Notes: generated from the letters alone by a model not told the origin. A stretch of 64,000 nucleotides of DNA from Prasinococcaceae sp. CCMP 1430 (GCA_013416795.1 RQSC01000005.1:74263-138262); one strand, 5' to 3'; counted from the first letter of the stretch, positions 11,747-23,055 are shown. Translations and numbers: made by a program.

Positions 11747-12347
11747 CACCACACACACCACACACACACACACACACCACACGCACACGCACGCGCACGC
11801 GCACGCGCACGCTGCTGCCACGAAGGGGTGTTGAACGGTTGTAAGTACGGCGTGCCCGCCCTGCGTCGCGCGGGCGGCGGCAGCGTGGTCAACACGGCGA
11901 GCTTCGTGGCGAGCGTGGGCGCGGCGACGCCGCAGGTGGCGTACACCGCCTCGAAGGGCGCCGTGCTGGCGCTCACGCGCGAGCTCGCCGTCGTGCACGC
12001 GCGCGAGAACATACGCGTCAACGCGCTCTGCCCGGGGCCGCTGAGGACGGAGCTGCTCATGAGCCACCTCGACACCGAAGCCAAGCGGAGGTGTGTGTGT
12101 GTGTTGTTTGTGTGTGTGTGTGTGAGAGAGTGTGTGTGTGTGTTGTGTGTACGCGCACGAGCGTGTGTGTGTGTCTGTGCACGCATGTCGGTATGTGTGC
12201 GCGCGCGCATGCGCAGGTCCGTCGGCCGGCTCACTCTCGTTGCGCGAGCGCTTGCGCGCGCACACGCACACGCGCAGGAGGCGCCTCGTGCACGTGCCCA
12301 TGGCGCGCTTCGGCGAGGCCGCGGGTGCTGACGGCGGCTGGAAGTGA
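11036..12347 (+). CDS. Classical short-chain dehydrogenase/reductase (exons 11036-11200, 11395-11602, 11826-12090, 12278-12347); C-terminus looks shortened
   Basis: TGGGAGIG, NNAG, catalytic S..YTASK, IRVNALCPG. Three GT-AG introns filled with CA/GT repeats splice in frame. Confidence 0.88.
11688..11810. repeat. (CA)n / (CACG)n microsatellite in SDR intron 2
   Basis: Long CA run followed by CACG-type units. Confidence 0.9.
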
Positions 12348-12537
12348 GCGGCACTACCAAACCTTCCGAGCCTGGTCCATGTGACAACCCGGTGCAATTG
12401 CAATCGGTAAGACTCCATCTGTTTAATTTCTTGCCAGTATGACCCCCGCGCCTGCCCACGTCCACCCTGCTTGCACGTGGCCCAATCGACTGTACAGTAG
12501 ACTACAGTGTGTATTTTACATCAACAATTGTACGCAT

Positions 12538-15500
12538 TCAGTCGAAGCCGGCGATGGGCGAGCCGCGGCCCTCCTGAGCGCCCGCGGTGGAGGGTGCCTG
12601 CCTCTCCAATCGTCGCAAGGCGTTCTCGCATGTGCGCATGACTACTCGGCTGACCACGAGCCATGTGACCGCCGCCATGACCAGCAGCCAGCTGCCTGGC
12701 TCGAGCATGGAGCGAACGTCGAAGCACGTGTCTACGCCTTTGACCTCTTCATCCAGGTACTCCTTGACGATCGCATCGATGGCATCGCAGCGCCCACCAA
12801 TCATGAAGCGGGAGAACTGCTCAATCTGGAGCACCGAGGCGATGACGGTCACCACGAACACGTCGAGAGCCGCCCAGCTGTTGAGCACCTCGGCTGCGTA
12901 GAATAGCCGCCGCTGCGAGAGCTCGGTGAGCTTGGCGAGCCAGAGGAAGCTCAGCAAAATGAGGTGCGCGAATACGACCACCACCACAAACAGGAGGAAC
13001 ATTGCTTGCAAGGCGCGCACTTCAATGCCGTTTGGGGTAGTGCTCGTAGTCGAGATGTCGCGCGCGAGTGACACGGCCGAGAAGCCGCGCGAGGCGTCCG
13101 GGTCGAGCAGCCAGCCGCTGAGGCCCTCGAATTCGAAGCGGAACGTCTCCGAAAATACGCCGACCGCAACCTGGGCAGCACACGTGATCAGCACGACAAG
13201 GACGAGAGCGCCCCACCTTTTGTGTACACTGCTGCACAGCCGCGAGCGTCCGTTGCTGGCGCCGACGACCGCCTCGGGCACACTCCCGTCCTTGCCAGTG
13301 TCCTCCCGACTTACCCCCATAGCCTGGCGGTGCAAAGCCAGCATCAGATGCCCCGCGAGCAGAGACGATACCGTCGCGCCCATGAAGGTGAACATGCCCG
13401 CCTGCGGCACGACCACGACGTCGATGGCGTCGAAGCTCGAGGGTGGAATCGTTGATTCGTCCGGCGTCTGCAAGTGCAAGCGAAAGGCCACCATGAAGAG
13501 GCACATCATGAACGAATCGATGAGCGACCACTTCCCCAGTGCATCGAGCGCCATGAGCAAGCGCTCGCGGCTCAACGCGGACATGTAGCACGGCGGCGTG
13601 AGCCAGCAGAAGAGCATGAGTAGCAGCTTGCAGTACGGCCACCCGCCGCTGAAGAACGCCACTATGGCAGCGAGCGCGTACACCCTGGCATGAATCATGT
13701 CACGCACTGAGTTGACCAGCGAAAACTGGAAGAGCGGCGGCAGGCGCACCAACTGTGGCGCACCAGTGCCACCAGAGTACTCCACACGCAGCTCAACCGA
13801 CGCGCCAGAGCTCAAAATCCCCGCCAGAAACAACAATATGGTGCCAATCACCATCAAGACCATGCTCCACGCTGTCGTGCGTGCCACCTGAGGGTGCCAC
13901 ATGAGTGCCGCGCGCGACTTTGCGCCTGTGCTACCGTGACGCCCTTCGGCGTCACCATCGTCGCAGCCATCCGTGAGCTGGAGCAGTGCCTCGTGTGCAT
14001 CCAGCAGGCGAGCGTCTGTGTGCGCGTCCTCGCCGCGCCCGCGCGCGATCCATCTGCTGCATTTGCGTGCGGTGCCGCGTACGGCTGAGCTCACCGTAAG
14101 TAGCGCACACAGCAGGTAGCACGCCGTTGCGAGCGAAAGAAAAATAGGCAAGGTCACGCTCTTGGGCACGAGAGTCGAATCGTAGCCACGGTAGCACGTC
14201 TTGCCCGCGGTCATGTTGGTCACAGCAGAGTGCAGCCGCCCGGCAATAGCCGCACGCGCTGGGCCGCCCACGGCACCCGCGACAAGCGTCGTCAAGGCGC
14301 CGCCGTAGTCATCGAGCAACATGCTCACCACTGTGTCGATGGTTGCATCCAGCGAGGCCTCGAGCGGCCCGCCCGACAGCGGCGTGATCTTCAGCTTCGA
14401 AACTTTGACGTTCGCGTCGAGCTCGAGGATTTCGACGCCCGTCAGGGCCTCGCCAATGCACCCGGGGTCAGAGAACTCGTTGAGCGTGAGATCCCGCACA
14501 ACCGCCGAGTCGACGTCCAGGAAAATGTCGGCGCCAATCATGACCGGCGCGAGCGCAGCACGCACGACCACGCGCTCCGTGAGCACACTGCCGTGCACCG
14601 TGGCGTTGGTCGGAGTCACGGCGATCAGTGCGTCTGCCTCGAAGGTGAGCCTGCTCAGCCACACGGACGCGTGGATCACGCCTGGCGCACCCGCCACGGG
14701 CCCGTCGATGCTCTTGACACTATCGAGCCCACCTATTGTCGCGGAGGTGGCATTAAACGCCACAGTGCCTAGGCCAGGAAGAACCCACGCGCCGCCGATG
14801 GCCTGCGGGGGCAGCTCAAGCGCGCCCGTGTCGTTCGTCGCGAGCCGCGCGATCTCGTTGATGCCCCAGTGCGGGTCAGCATCCAGCACGCCGCGCACGA
14901 AGTACGCAGCCGCTTTAATGAGCGTGTTTGTGGTCCAGTCGACAGCGCCCGCTTTGACCGGCGGTGTGGGTTGCGGTTGGACGGGTTTCAAAAGGGGGGA
15001 GAGCTCGGCGTCGGAGGATGCAATTAGCGCGGTCAGGTTGTTCGAAACAGCCTCGGTGAGCGCCGTGCACAACGCGCCGTCGACGACGCTCTCCAGGACG
15101 CCTCGGAGCGGCCCTTGAAGCTCTTCCAGCACCCACTCCAGCATTGACGCGCCCGTGAGGGAAATATTGGTGGCGTGGACACGCGCATTGCACTCCGCCA
15201 CATGAGCCACGCGTGGCAGCGCGGCGCCGGCATGCCTGTCGGACGAGAGTGAGAGGGTCACGTCGACTGCGCTGTCCTCTAGCATGCCCCGCAGTTTGCC
15301 ACTGCCCTGCGCTGTCCTCTTGAGAGGCACGAACACGTAACTCCAGTTGCCCTCACACCGGAGCGACACGCCCGTGGCCGCGAGCGCCACCTCTTCGCGC
15401 GCCGGCCTCCGAGGCGTCAGACCGCCGAGCACTGCGCCACCGCACGTGAGCGCGTCAAACGACACGTTGAAGTCGGCGACTGTGAATGACTGCGGCGGCA

Positions 15501-15696
15501 CGCTCAACTTCAGGCCGGCGAGCCACTCAGCCAGCCACTCGCTCGCCCCATGGGGCTCTGGCGCCGCTGGGGTGCCCAGTGCTGTGCTGGCAGCTGCCAC
15601 CTCAGCAGTCGCCACTTTGTCGGCGGTAGCGAGGAGCGCAACAGAGAGCAACAGCGCGGCCGCAGCCGCGGTCGGGCGCAGCTGTGCCTGCGCCAT
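12538..15696 (-). CDS. Signal peptide + BPI/LBP (TULIP)-like ectodomain + two PqiA (paraquat-inducible protein A)-like membrane domains
   Basis: N-terminal hydrophobic signal and about 500 aa beta-rich region with paired Cys. PqiA motifs FFSGGWPYCKLLL..LGKWSLIDSF and LNSWAALDVFVV. The TULIP assignment is by pattern only. Confidence 0.75.
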   Translation of the reverse strand: MAQAQLRPTAAAAALLLSVALLATADKVATAEVAAASTALGTPAAPEPHGASEWLAEWLAGLKLSVPPQSFTVADFNVSFDALTCGGAVLGGLTPRRPAREEVALAATGVSLRCEGNWSYVFVPLKRTAQGSGKLRGMLEDSAVDVTLSLSSDRHAGAALPRVAHVAECNARVHATNISLTGASMLEWVLEELQGPLRGVLESVVDGALCTALTEAVSNNLTALIASSDAELSPLLKPVQPQPTPPVKAGAVDWTTNTLIKAAAYFVRGVLDADPHWGINEIARLATNDTGALELPPQAIGGAWVLPGLGTVAFNATSATIGGLDSVKSIDGPVAGAPGVIHASVWLSRLTFEADALIAVTPTNATVHGSVLTERVVVRAALAPVMIGADIFLDVDSAVVRDLTLNEFSDPGCIGEALTGVEILELDANVKVSKLKITPLSGGPLEASLDATIDTVVSMLLDDYGGALTTLVAGAVGGPARAAIAGRLHSAVTNMTAGKTCYRGYDSTLVPKSVTLPIFLSLATACYLLCALLTVSSAVRGTARKCSRWIARGRGEDAHTDARLLDAHEALLQLTDGCDDGDAEGRHGSTGAKSRAALMWHPQVARTTAWSMVLMVIGTILLFLAGILSSGASVELRVEYSGGTGAPQLVRLPPLFQFSLVNSVRDMIHARVYALAAIVAFFSGGWPYCKLLLMLFCWLTPPCYMSALSRERLLMALDALGKWSLIDSFMMCLFMVAFRLHLQTPDESTIPPSSFDAIDVVVVPQAGMFTFMGATVSSLLAGHLMLALHRQAMGVSREDTGKDGSVPEAVVGASNGRSRLCSSVHKRWGALVLVVLITCAAQVAVGVFSETFRFEFEGLSGWLLDPDASRGFSAVSLARDISTTSTTPNGIEVRALQAMFLLFVVVVVFAHLILLSFLWLAKLTELSQRRLFYAAEVLNSWAALDVFVVTVIASVLQIEQFSRFMIGGRCDAIDAIVKEYLDEEVKGVDTCFDVRSMLEPGSWLLVMAAVTWLVVSRVVMRTCENALRRLERQAPSTAGAQEGRGSPIAGFD

Positions 15697-16196
15697 TGGC
15701 GCACCCCCCTCGCACCCAGAGAACGTGCGCGAGAGGCGCAGCGCTCGCAAGCGCACGCGCGCCCTCAGGTGTGGGTGTCGGGACGTTCGGGCGCACGAGC
15801 TTGGTTGGTCTCAAATCCACTGTGCGCACGTTGCCCACGCGCGTGCGCGCGTGCGCGCGGGGAAAGGGGGGGGGGCTCGTCGCTTACGCCCGCCCGCCCC
15901 CCCACCCGCAAGATAGCGCGAGTGTCCCTCCCCACCCCCCTCTGCACGCCCACCCGCTCGCCGCGCCGCACCCGCGCGGCGCGCGCGGTGTGGTGGCAAC
16001 TTCCTCGCGGCCGGCCGTTCGCAGCTGAAGCGGTGCGACGCCTTTTTTTTTCCCCTCCCCTCCCCCCGCTGTGGAAGAAAGCCACGCAAAGCTCGCCTGA
16101 CCTTCCTCCCCGCGCGGAGGTGAATATTTTTTTAATGGCGGTCTGTCTGCACTGGGCGTGCTCACTGTGGCTGGGGGCGGCGCGCGCGGAGAATGC

Positions 16197-17956
16197 CTAC
16201 GCCTTGGTGGGGCCGACCATGTCAGCGGGGACGATCCACTTGTCAAACTCCTCAGAGCTGACCTTGCCGAGCGCCACGGCCGCCTCCTTGAGCGTGGTGC
16301 CCTCCTTGTGCGCCTTCTTCGCGGCAGCGGCCGCGTTGTCGTAGCCGATGTGGGGGTTGAGCGCGGTCACCAGCATGAGGCTTTCGTTGAGGAGTTGCGC
16401 GATGCGGTCCTCGTTGGCGACGATGCCCACCACGCAGTTGCGCTCGAAGGATTCGGCGGCATCAGCGATAATGCGCATCGAGTGCAGAACGCCGTTGGCC
16501 ATCATTGGCTTGAAGACGTTGAGCTGCAAAGAGGGTCGAGGCGCGGGGTGTCCACGAGGGCGCAGCGCGAGTCAGCGCTGGGCTTGGCACTGCGCGCGCC
16601 GAGGCCATCGGCGCTGGCACACGCGCGGCGCACGCCGTCGCACCTCAAAGTGACCATTGGAGCCGCCGATGGAGACGGCGGTATGGTTGCCAATGACCTG
16701 CGCGCAGACCATTGTGAGAGCCTCGCACTGCGTGGGGTTGACCTTGCCCGGCATAATGGAGCTGCCCGGCTCGTTCTCGGGAAGGGAGAGCTCACCGAGG
16801 CCACAGCGCGGGCCGCTGGCGAGGAAGCGAATGTCGTTGGCGACCTTCATGAGCGAGCATGCCACCACGTTGAGGGCGCCGCTCATCTCGACCATCGCAT
16901 CGTGCGCGGCCATCGCCTCGAACTTGTTGCGCGCGGTCACAAACGGGAGCCCCGTGGCGGCGGCCACGTTCTCGGCGACCTTCTCGGCGAAGCCCTCCTT
17001 GGTGTTGAGACCCGTGCCGACGGCCGTGCCGCCCTGCGCGAGCTCGAGCACCGCGGGCAGCGCGGCGCGGACGCGCGCTGCGCCGTTGGCCACCTGCGCG
17101 GCATACCCGCCGAACTCCTGGCCAAGCGTCAGCGGCACAGCATCCTGGGTGTGCGTGCGGCCAATCTTGACGATGTGGTCGAACTCCTCCGCCTTCTTGG
17201 CGAGCGCCGCGCTGAGCGAGTCGAGCGCGGGCGCCACGCGCTGCGCGGCCTCGGTGGCGGCCGCGATGTGCATCACGCTCGGAAAGGTGTCGTTCGAGCT
17301 CTGGCCTCGGTTGACGTGGTCGTTGGGGTGAACGAGGGTCTTGTCGCCGAGCTCGCCGCCCAGAATCTCGCACGCGCGGTTGGCGATGACCTCGTTTGAG
17401 TTCATGTTCGACTGCGTGCCTGAGCCTGTCTGCCACACGACGAGCGGGAAATGGTCGTCGAGCTCGCCGGCAGCGACCTCGCCGGCGGCCTGCACGATCG
17501 CGCTGCCAACCTTGGCGTCCAGGCCGTGGTCCATGTTGGCCTGTGCGGTGGCGCGCTGTCGGTGCGCGGGAAGTGGGGAAGCGCCACGCCGCGGGGCGAA
17601 AAGGTCCGCGGCCAGTGCCGCGATTGGGCGCGTGCGTCAGTTGCTGCTCCTGCTGCGGCGGCTGCGGCGGCTGCGGCTGCGGCGGGCAGGCGTGTGCTCC
17701 AGCGCAACCCCAATCGCACCTTGAGCACGCCGAACGCGCGAACGATCGGCAGCGGCATGCGGTCGCGCGGCCCGCCGATCTTGAAGTTCTGTAGCGAGCG
17801 CTGCGTCTGCGCGCCCCAGTAGCGGTCCGCGGGCACCTCCAACGGCCCGAAGGTATCCGCCTCGACGCGCACCGCCTGCGAGGCCGCTGCTGCCGCCGAG
17901 TAGGCACGGCCTCGCGCCGCCACCGCAGCAGCGCGCGCCGCCGCGCGCGCGAGCAT
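16197..17956 (-). CDS. FUM1: Fumarate hydratase class II, mitochondrial (exons 17956-17720, 17555-16644, 16523-16197)
   Basis: [43 protein letters not shown], signature [19 protein letters not shown]|LNVFKP. Arg/Ala-rich presequence. Confidence 0.97.
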
Positions 17957-18496
17957 CGCTGCTGCGCGCTGCCGATCACCCGCGGCCGGCCCCACCCTAA
18001 CACCCCCCCTCCACCCCGTCGAGCGTCGCCGTCGATCACCCTCACCGCCCCTCCCGCGCGCCCCGCGCGTGCAGTGTTGCACCGGCTCTGCGCCCCCTCC
18101 CCCCACCCTGCCCGCCTGTCCTGCCCCGGCGGCCACGTCAGCGGCCGCGCTGCGGCCGATGGCCCAATGCGCCCGCTCGCGACGGCCCGCGTGCGAAATC
18201 GCGGTGGGTTAGGGGTAGGGTTTAGGTATGATGTGCCGTGCGTCGCACTGAAATTGACCATCAAATTGGATGGGATGACCCTGCGACAGGGTCTCCACTC
18301 GCAGCCTTGGTCGGACCCGGTAGGCAGCGGCCGCTGTGAGGAGGGCACGTGCACTTTGACCTCGTTATCCTCTAGGACGGGGGGGAGCCACTCTGCACGT
18401 GCGTCGCGGGTGGGTGGGGTGGGGCGGGAGCTCCTCTCTCTCCTCGTACGCCGAGCTCCTCGTGAGCGCCGCCAGGTGCTAGCGGTTGGGGCTGTC

Positions 18497-19264
18497 ATGC
18501 TCGGCGCCCGCGCGCGCGCGCCCGCGCCCTCGCACGCCGGCGCATCACGCGCGCGCGCGGTCCCGCGAACGCGGCGCGCGTGCAGGCGCGCACGCCCCTG
18601 CGCCAGCGGCGATGACGTAGGGACCGAGGCGGGGTCGGAGGCGCTCCAGCGGCCGTGGGCGAGCCCTGGATATCGCGGCGCGCGTGTTTCGGCGCTGCCC
18701 GAGACGGAGCAGCAGCGCTTCCTCGCGTACGCCGCGGGCGGCCTGGTGGCGGCGACTGTCGTCTCGTGCGCGCTCGTGGCGCCCGCGCTGAAGGGCGCCA
18801 CCCCCGACTTCCTGTGGTCACTCTCGCGCGCCACGTGGCCTGCCATCGGCCTTACGTACGTTGCCGCGGGATACGCGCACTTCGCGATTGAGCAGGGCTT
18901 CCTGGACATGTACCCGCACGAGGGCGCGTGGGGCATGTGGCGGCTGCCAGGCTCTGCGCGCTTCCACGTCGCATGGACTGGCGTGGCGGAGATCGCTGGC
19001 GGTGCCGGTTTAATCGTCGGCGCGCTCCCCCTGGGCTTCGTTCCGGCGTGGGTTGAGCCGGCGAGCGCGCTGGGGATGATCGCGCTCACCGCCGCGGTCA
19101 CTCCTGCCAACATGTACATGTACACGCACAATGCTCCCGGCCCGCTGCCCGAGGACGCCGACGAGAGCATGCAGGTGCTCACGCCCGCGCAGCACCTCGC
19201 CCGGGCGGGCCTCCAGGTTTTCCTGTGGACCATCCTGTGGGGCTGCGCGACCGAGCCCTGGTAG
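18497..19264 (+). CDS. DoxX/MauE-like integral membrane protein, probably plastid-targeted
   Basis: Transit-peptide-like N-terminus. AHF...FLDMYP, FHVAWTGVAEIAGGAGL, AVTPANMYMYTH, H..R..LQ. Confidence 0.75.
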   Translation: MLGARARAPAPSHAGASRARAVPRTRRACRRARPCASGDDVGTEAGSEALQRPWASPGYRGARVSALPETEQQRFLAYAAGGLVAATVVSCALVAPALKGATPDFLWSLSRATWPAIGLTYVAAGYAHFAIEQGFLDMYPHEGAWGMWRLPGSARFHVAWTGVAEIAGGAGLIVGALPLGFVPAWVEPASALGMIALTAAVTPANMYMYTHNAPGPLPEDADESMQVLTPAQHLARAGLQVFLWTILWGCATEPW

Positions 19265-20036
19265 CACTGCGATACACGTGCCCGGCACGGTGAGGGGCCT
19301 GCTCGTTGCGGGCGTTGACGGGGCCGCGCCCCGCAGGCAGCGCGGTGGGTGCCCAAGCGCATCATCTGCGGCGGCGCCCGAGGCGCGCCCGCGGCCTTTG
19401 TAAAAAAAAAGCGCGTTTTTTTAGCTGTCGTGTCGAATCGCCTGCAGAAAGAGCGGAGGGTGGGACGGCGGCCCTCGCCAGTTGCAGTTGCAGCTCCGTT
19501 GATTGACGCCCCCATCGCTCTGATGATGGGACTCTCTGTGGCCTTTTGCGTGTTTGCGTTTGCGCCGTCTCTCCCTGGCCGGCCGCGCGCTTTTCGGATC
19601 GGATCGGACTGTGGCTGCGTGCGAGTGGGGAGCGCCCACTCGTCGGACGCGAGTGTCGGAGCTCATCAGTCAGAGGTCGCCCCTCCGCCCTGCGCGCCGA
19701 ACGTTGGGGGCAGGCAGGCATCGGACCGACGGACCGACAGACCGACCGACGGGCACAGCCTCTTCCCAACCGTATATACCTTCATTCCCTTTTCTTTGCC
19801 TGTGCGCGCGGCGGCGGTTCCTCGCGCTTTTCGGATGGCTGGGCTTTTTGAACTTTTTCAATCCGTTTCCGCCTCGAATGCCAGAACGCAGGGGTGGGGG
19901 GGGAGGGCGGAGCGGCGGCGGCTGGCGCGAGCGCGCGCGAGCGCGCGCGCGCGAGCGAGCGAGCGAGCGCAAACGCGAGCGAGCGGACGGGCTGTGCGGA
20001 GCGGCGCGGCGTGGGGGCACGCCCGAGGGACACCCC

Positions 20037-20169
20037 NNNNNNNNNNNNNNNNNNNNNNNNNNNNNNNNNNNNNNNNNNNNNNNNNNNNNNNNNNNNNNNN
20101 NNNNNNNNNNNNNNNNNNNNNNNNNNNNNNNNNNNNNNNNNNNNNNNNNNNNNNNNNNNNNNNNNNNNN
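20037..20169. other. Assembly gap
   Basis: Run of N. Confidence 0.99.
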
Positions 20170-23055
20170 CTGCACGTTGCGGACCCGCCGCAGCCGCGGG
20201 GCGATGCCTCCCCGCGCGCGGCGCAAAAGCGTCCGGCGCCCGCGCAGGACGACGCCCAGGACGGTGGCGCGAGCCCGGGCGGCAAGAAACGGTCCAAGAG
20301 GGCCCGCAAGGACTCTGCGGCCGGCGGCGGCTCCACGAGCAACGGGGGGGTCGCCGCGGCCGCCGCGGCGGCGGGCGCGGCATCCACCGCGCTGCCGACG
20401 TTGCGGCGCGCCTCAGCTGATGGCGCGGGCGTGCGAGCGCTGTGCACCATCGACGCGCTCGAGTTCGGCTGGCCGGCGGAGCGCGCGGTGGGCACCGGGC
20501 TGAGCAACCTCGGCAACACGTGCTTCCTAAACAGCGTGATGCAGTGCCTAGCGCACACGCGGCCCCTCGCGGCGGCGGCGCTCGATGGCACGCTCGAGAA
20601 GCAGGGCCGCGCCAAGGGCGTCAAGTTCGACGCGCTCGGCATGGTGGCCGCGCACGTGCGCCGAGCCCTCGCGCCCCACGCGCGCGTGTACTCGCCGCAG
20701 CCCATCGTGCGCTTGCTGCCGCGCCTCTCGAGGCAATTCCGCCCAGGGAGGCAGGAGGACGCGCACGAGCTCTCGCGCTACCTCATCGACGCCATGCAGG
20801 AGTGCTCGCTGCCCAGCAAGAAGACGCCGCCCGCAGTCGCGGACACCACCTTCGTGCACCAGCTCTTCGGGGGCAAGTTTCGATCGCAGGTCAAATGCCT
20901 GCACTGCGGGTACGAATCCAACACATTCGAGCCGTTCCTCGACCTCTCGCTCGAGCTGAGCAAGAGGACGGCGTCGGTGGGCACGGCGTTGCGCGGCTTC
21001 ACTGCCAAGGAAATCCTCGAGGGCTCAAACGCGTACAAGTGCCCGCGATGCAACGGCCTCGTCAAGGCCTCCAAGCAGATGCTCATAGGCTCCGCGCCGC
21101 CCGTGCTGACCGTGCATCTCAAGCGCTTCGGCTTCGGGGGCTTCGGGGGTGCGTGCGCAGCGCTCGCTGCTAGCAAGGCGCTGCTGCGGGCGGGCATGCT
21201 GCGTTCGCGCCCGCGCACGCTGGCGCGTGGGTGGTCGACCGTATGCGCGCCGCGCGCCGTGGCGGACGCCCGTCAACCGGCGCTGACACCGAGCTCGCGC
21301 GCGGCGGACAGGTTTCGGTGGCTTCGGCGGCGGGGGCGGCAAGAAGATCGATCGCCACATCGAGTTCAGCACTAAGCTTGACCTGCGTCCGTACATGGTG
21401 TCGCACGGCCATTCCGGCGGGCGCGGTGGCCAGGGGCGCTACAACCTGCACGGTGTCCTCGTACACGCGGGCGGCAGCGTACACTCGGGCCATTACTACG
21501 CGTTCGTCAAGGGGGGTGACGGCAAGTGGTACGCCATGGACGACTCGCGAGTCGCGCGTGTGCACGAGGACACCGTCCTCAAGCAGCGCGCGTACATGCT
21601 CTTCTACTCGCAGGAGGTGGGCGCGGGCGTGGCTGCGGGTGCGCAAATCTCTCCTTCAAAGGCATCGCCCTCTGGTAAGGGCAGCGCGAAGGTCGGGGCG
21701 AAGGTGGCGCAGGCCAAGGAGAGCGACAGCGCGGCGGAGAACGTTGGCATGTCAGTTGCGCGCGTGCCAGAGCGCGATTCGAAGACCGAACGCAAGGCTT
21801 CGACGGACAAGTCTAAGGGCAGGAGCAAAACTAAGAGCAAGCCCTCAGATAGCGCCAAGGCGACCGTCGCAGCGTCGGACGTTCCGACCTCGAATGGTGG
21901 GGCTGCCCAGCCCAAGAGAAAGGCCGTCGCCGGCGGAAAGCCGCAAGACCAGCCCGAGAGGCCCGGTGGCAGTGACAGCGACAGCGGTGGCGATGGCGGC
22001 AGGAAGGAAGAGGTGAACCCCGTGCCCAACGCAGACAGCTACTACCGCGCTGGTGCCACAGCTGGGAGCTTGTCGTTCGCCCGGGGCCTCCTGTCGCACA
22101 TTGCCAACCCCTTCCGCTCCCTCCGCACCATGGCACTCTCGAGGCGTGCGCGCATGATCAACAAGGAGAAGCGCGCATTGCAGGCCGCGCACCTGATGCA
22201 GCAGCGCCCAGGCCGTGAGGATCGCAAGCGCAAGGGCGACGGGCGAAAGGACAGACGCGCGGGCTCGGGCTCGCCCGAGGGAAGCCCGCCAGGCAGCCCC
22301 GTGCGCACGCGCGCTTCTCGTGCGCGAGCGAAGGCGGACAAGTTGCAGGTGCTCGCCACACAGGAACGACACAAGGAGAGGGCTTCGGCAAGGTCGGGCA
22401 AATCGGGGGCGGCGGCCGCAGCGGACGCGCCTGAGGCCGGGAGGACCAGCGCCCAGGCGAAGGGCGCCGCGAGCGCACCCAAGGATGCGGCCAAGGGAGC
22501 ACCTGACGAGGCCACACGTGCGAATGCCCCGTCTGAGGATGTGACGCAGGTACCGGCGCTGTCGGACGTGCTGGGTCTCGGTGGCGGCAAGGGAATCGCC
22601 ACCGACTGGGATGGCAAGGTAAGCAGCATGGGCAAGGCCGCTGGGGGTAAGCGTGCGCGGGGTGGGGCAGCCAAGTACACATCCTACGACGCCGAATACG
22701 ACGCGCCGCGCGCCAAGAAGGTCAAGTCGCGGGATGGTGACGGAGACGCTCTTGCGGAGCATGGAGAGGCGGCTCCCAACCCGTTCACGAACGCCGCGGT
22801 GAGCGCCAAAAAGGGTGGCTCTAAGTCGCGTGGCGGTGGCAAGGGTGGTGGACGCGGCGACCCGCCTTGGGCGAGTGGCGGTCGCGGCGGCGGGCGCGGC
22901 GGCGGGCGCGGAGGCGGACGCGGAGGCGGGCGCGGAGGTGCGGCGGCGGGCGCGGAGGCGGGCGCGGCGGCGGGCGCGGAGGCGGCGGACGCGGAGGTGG
23001 CCGCGGTCGTGGTGGCAGAGGTGGAGGGCGTGGCAGCGGCCGTGGAAGGAGCTGA
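20170..23055 (+). CDS. Ubiquitin-specific protease, USP36/42 (UBP23)-like with RGG tail; 5' end in or before the gap; intron 21149-21311; probable 1-nt frameshift near 22939 (as-read stop 23185)
   Basis: Cys box GLSNLGNTCFLNSVMQCL, QEDAHE, zinc-ribbon C..C pairs, LTVHLKRF, His box VHAGGSVHSGHYYAFVK..WYAMDDS, AYMLFY. Confidence 0.9.

Noticed and set aside
10661-12465. ORFs with poly-(CV) or poly-(HT) tracts
   Set aside because: These are translations of intronic or intergenic GT/CA microsatellites.
16792-19515. 907-aa minus-strand ORF and other long overlapping ORFs (e.g. 40883-43222, 23215-25152)
   Set aside because: Stop-codon scarcity in high-GC DNA explains them. They overlap well-supported genes or run through N gaps.
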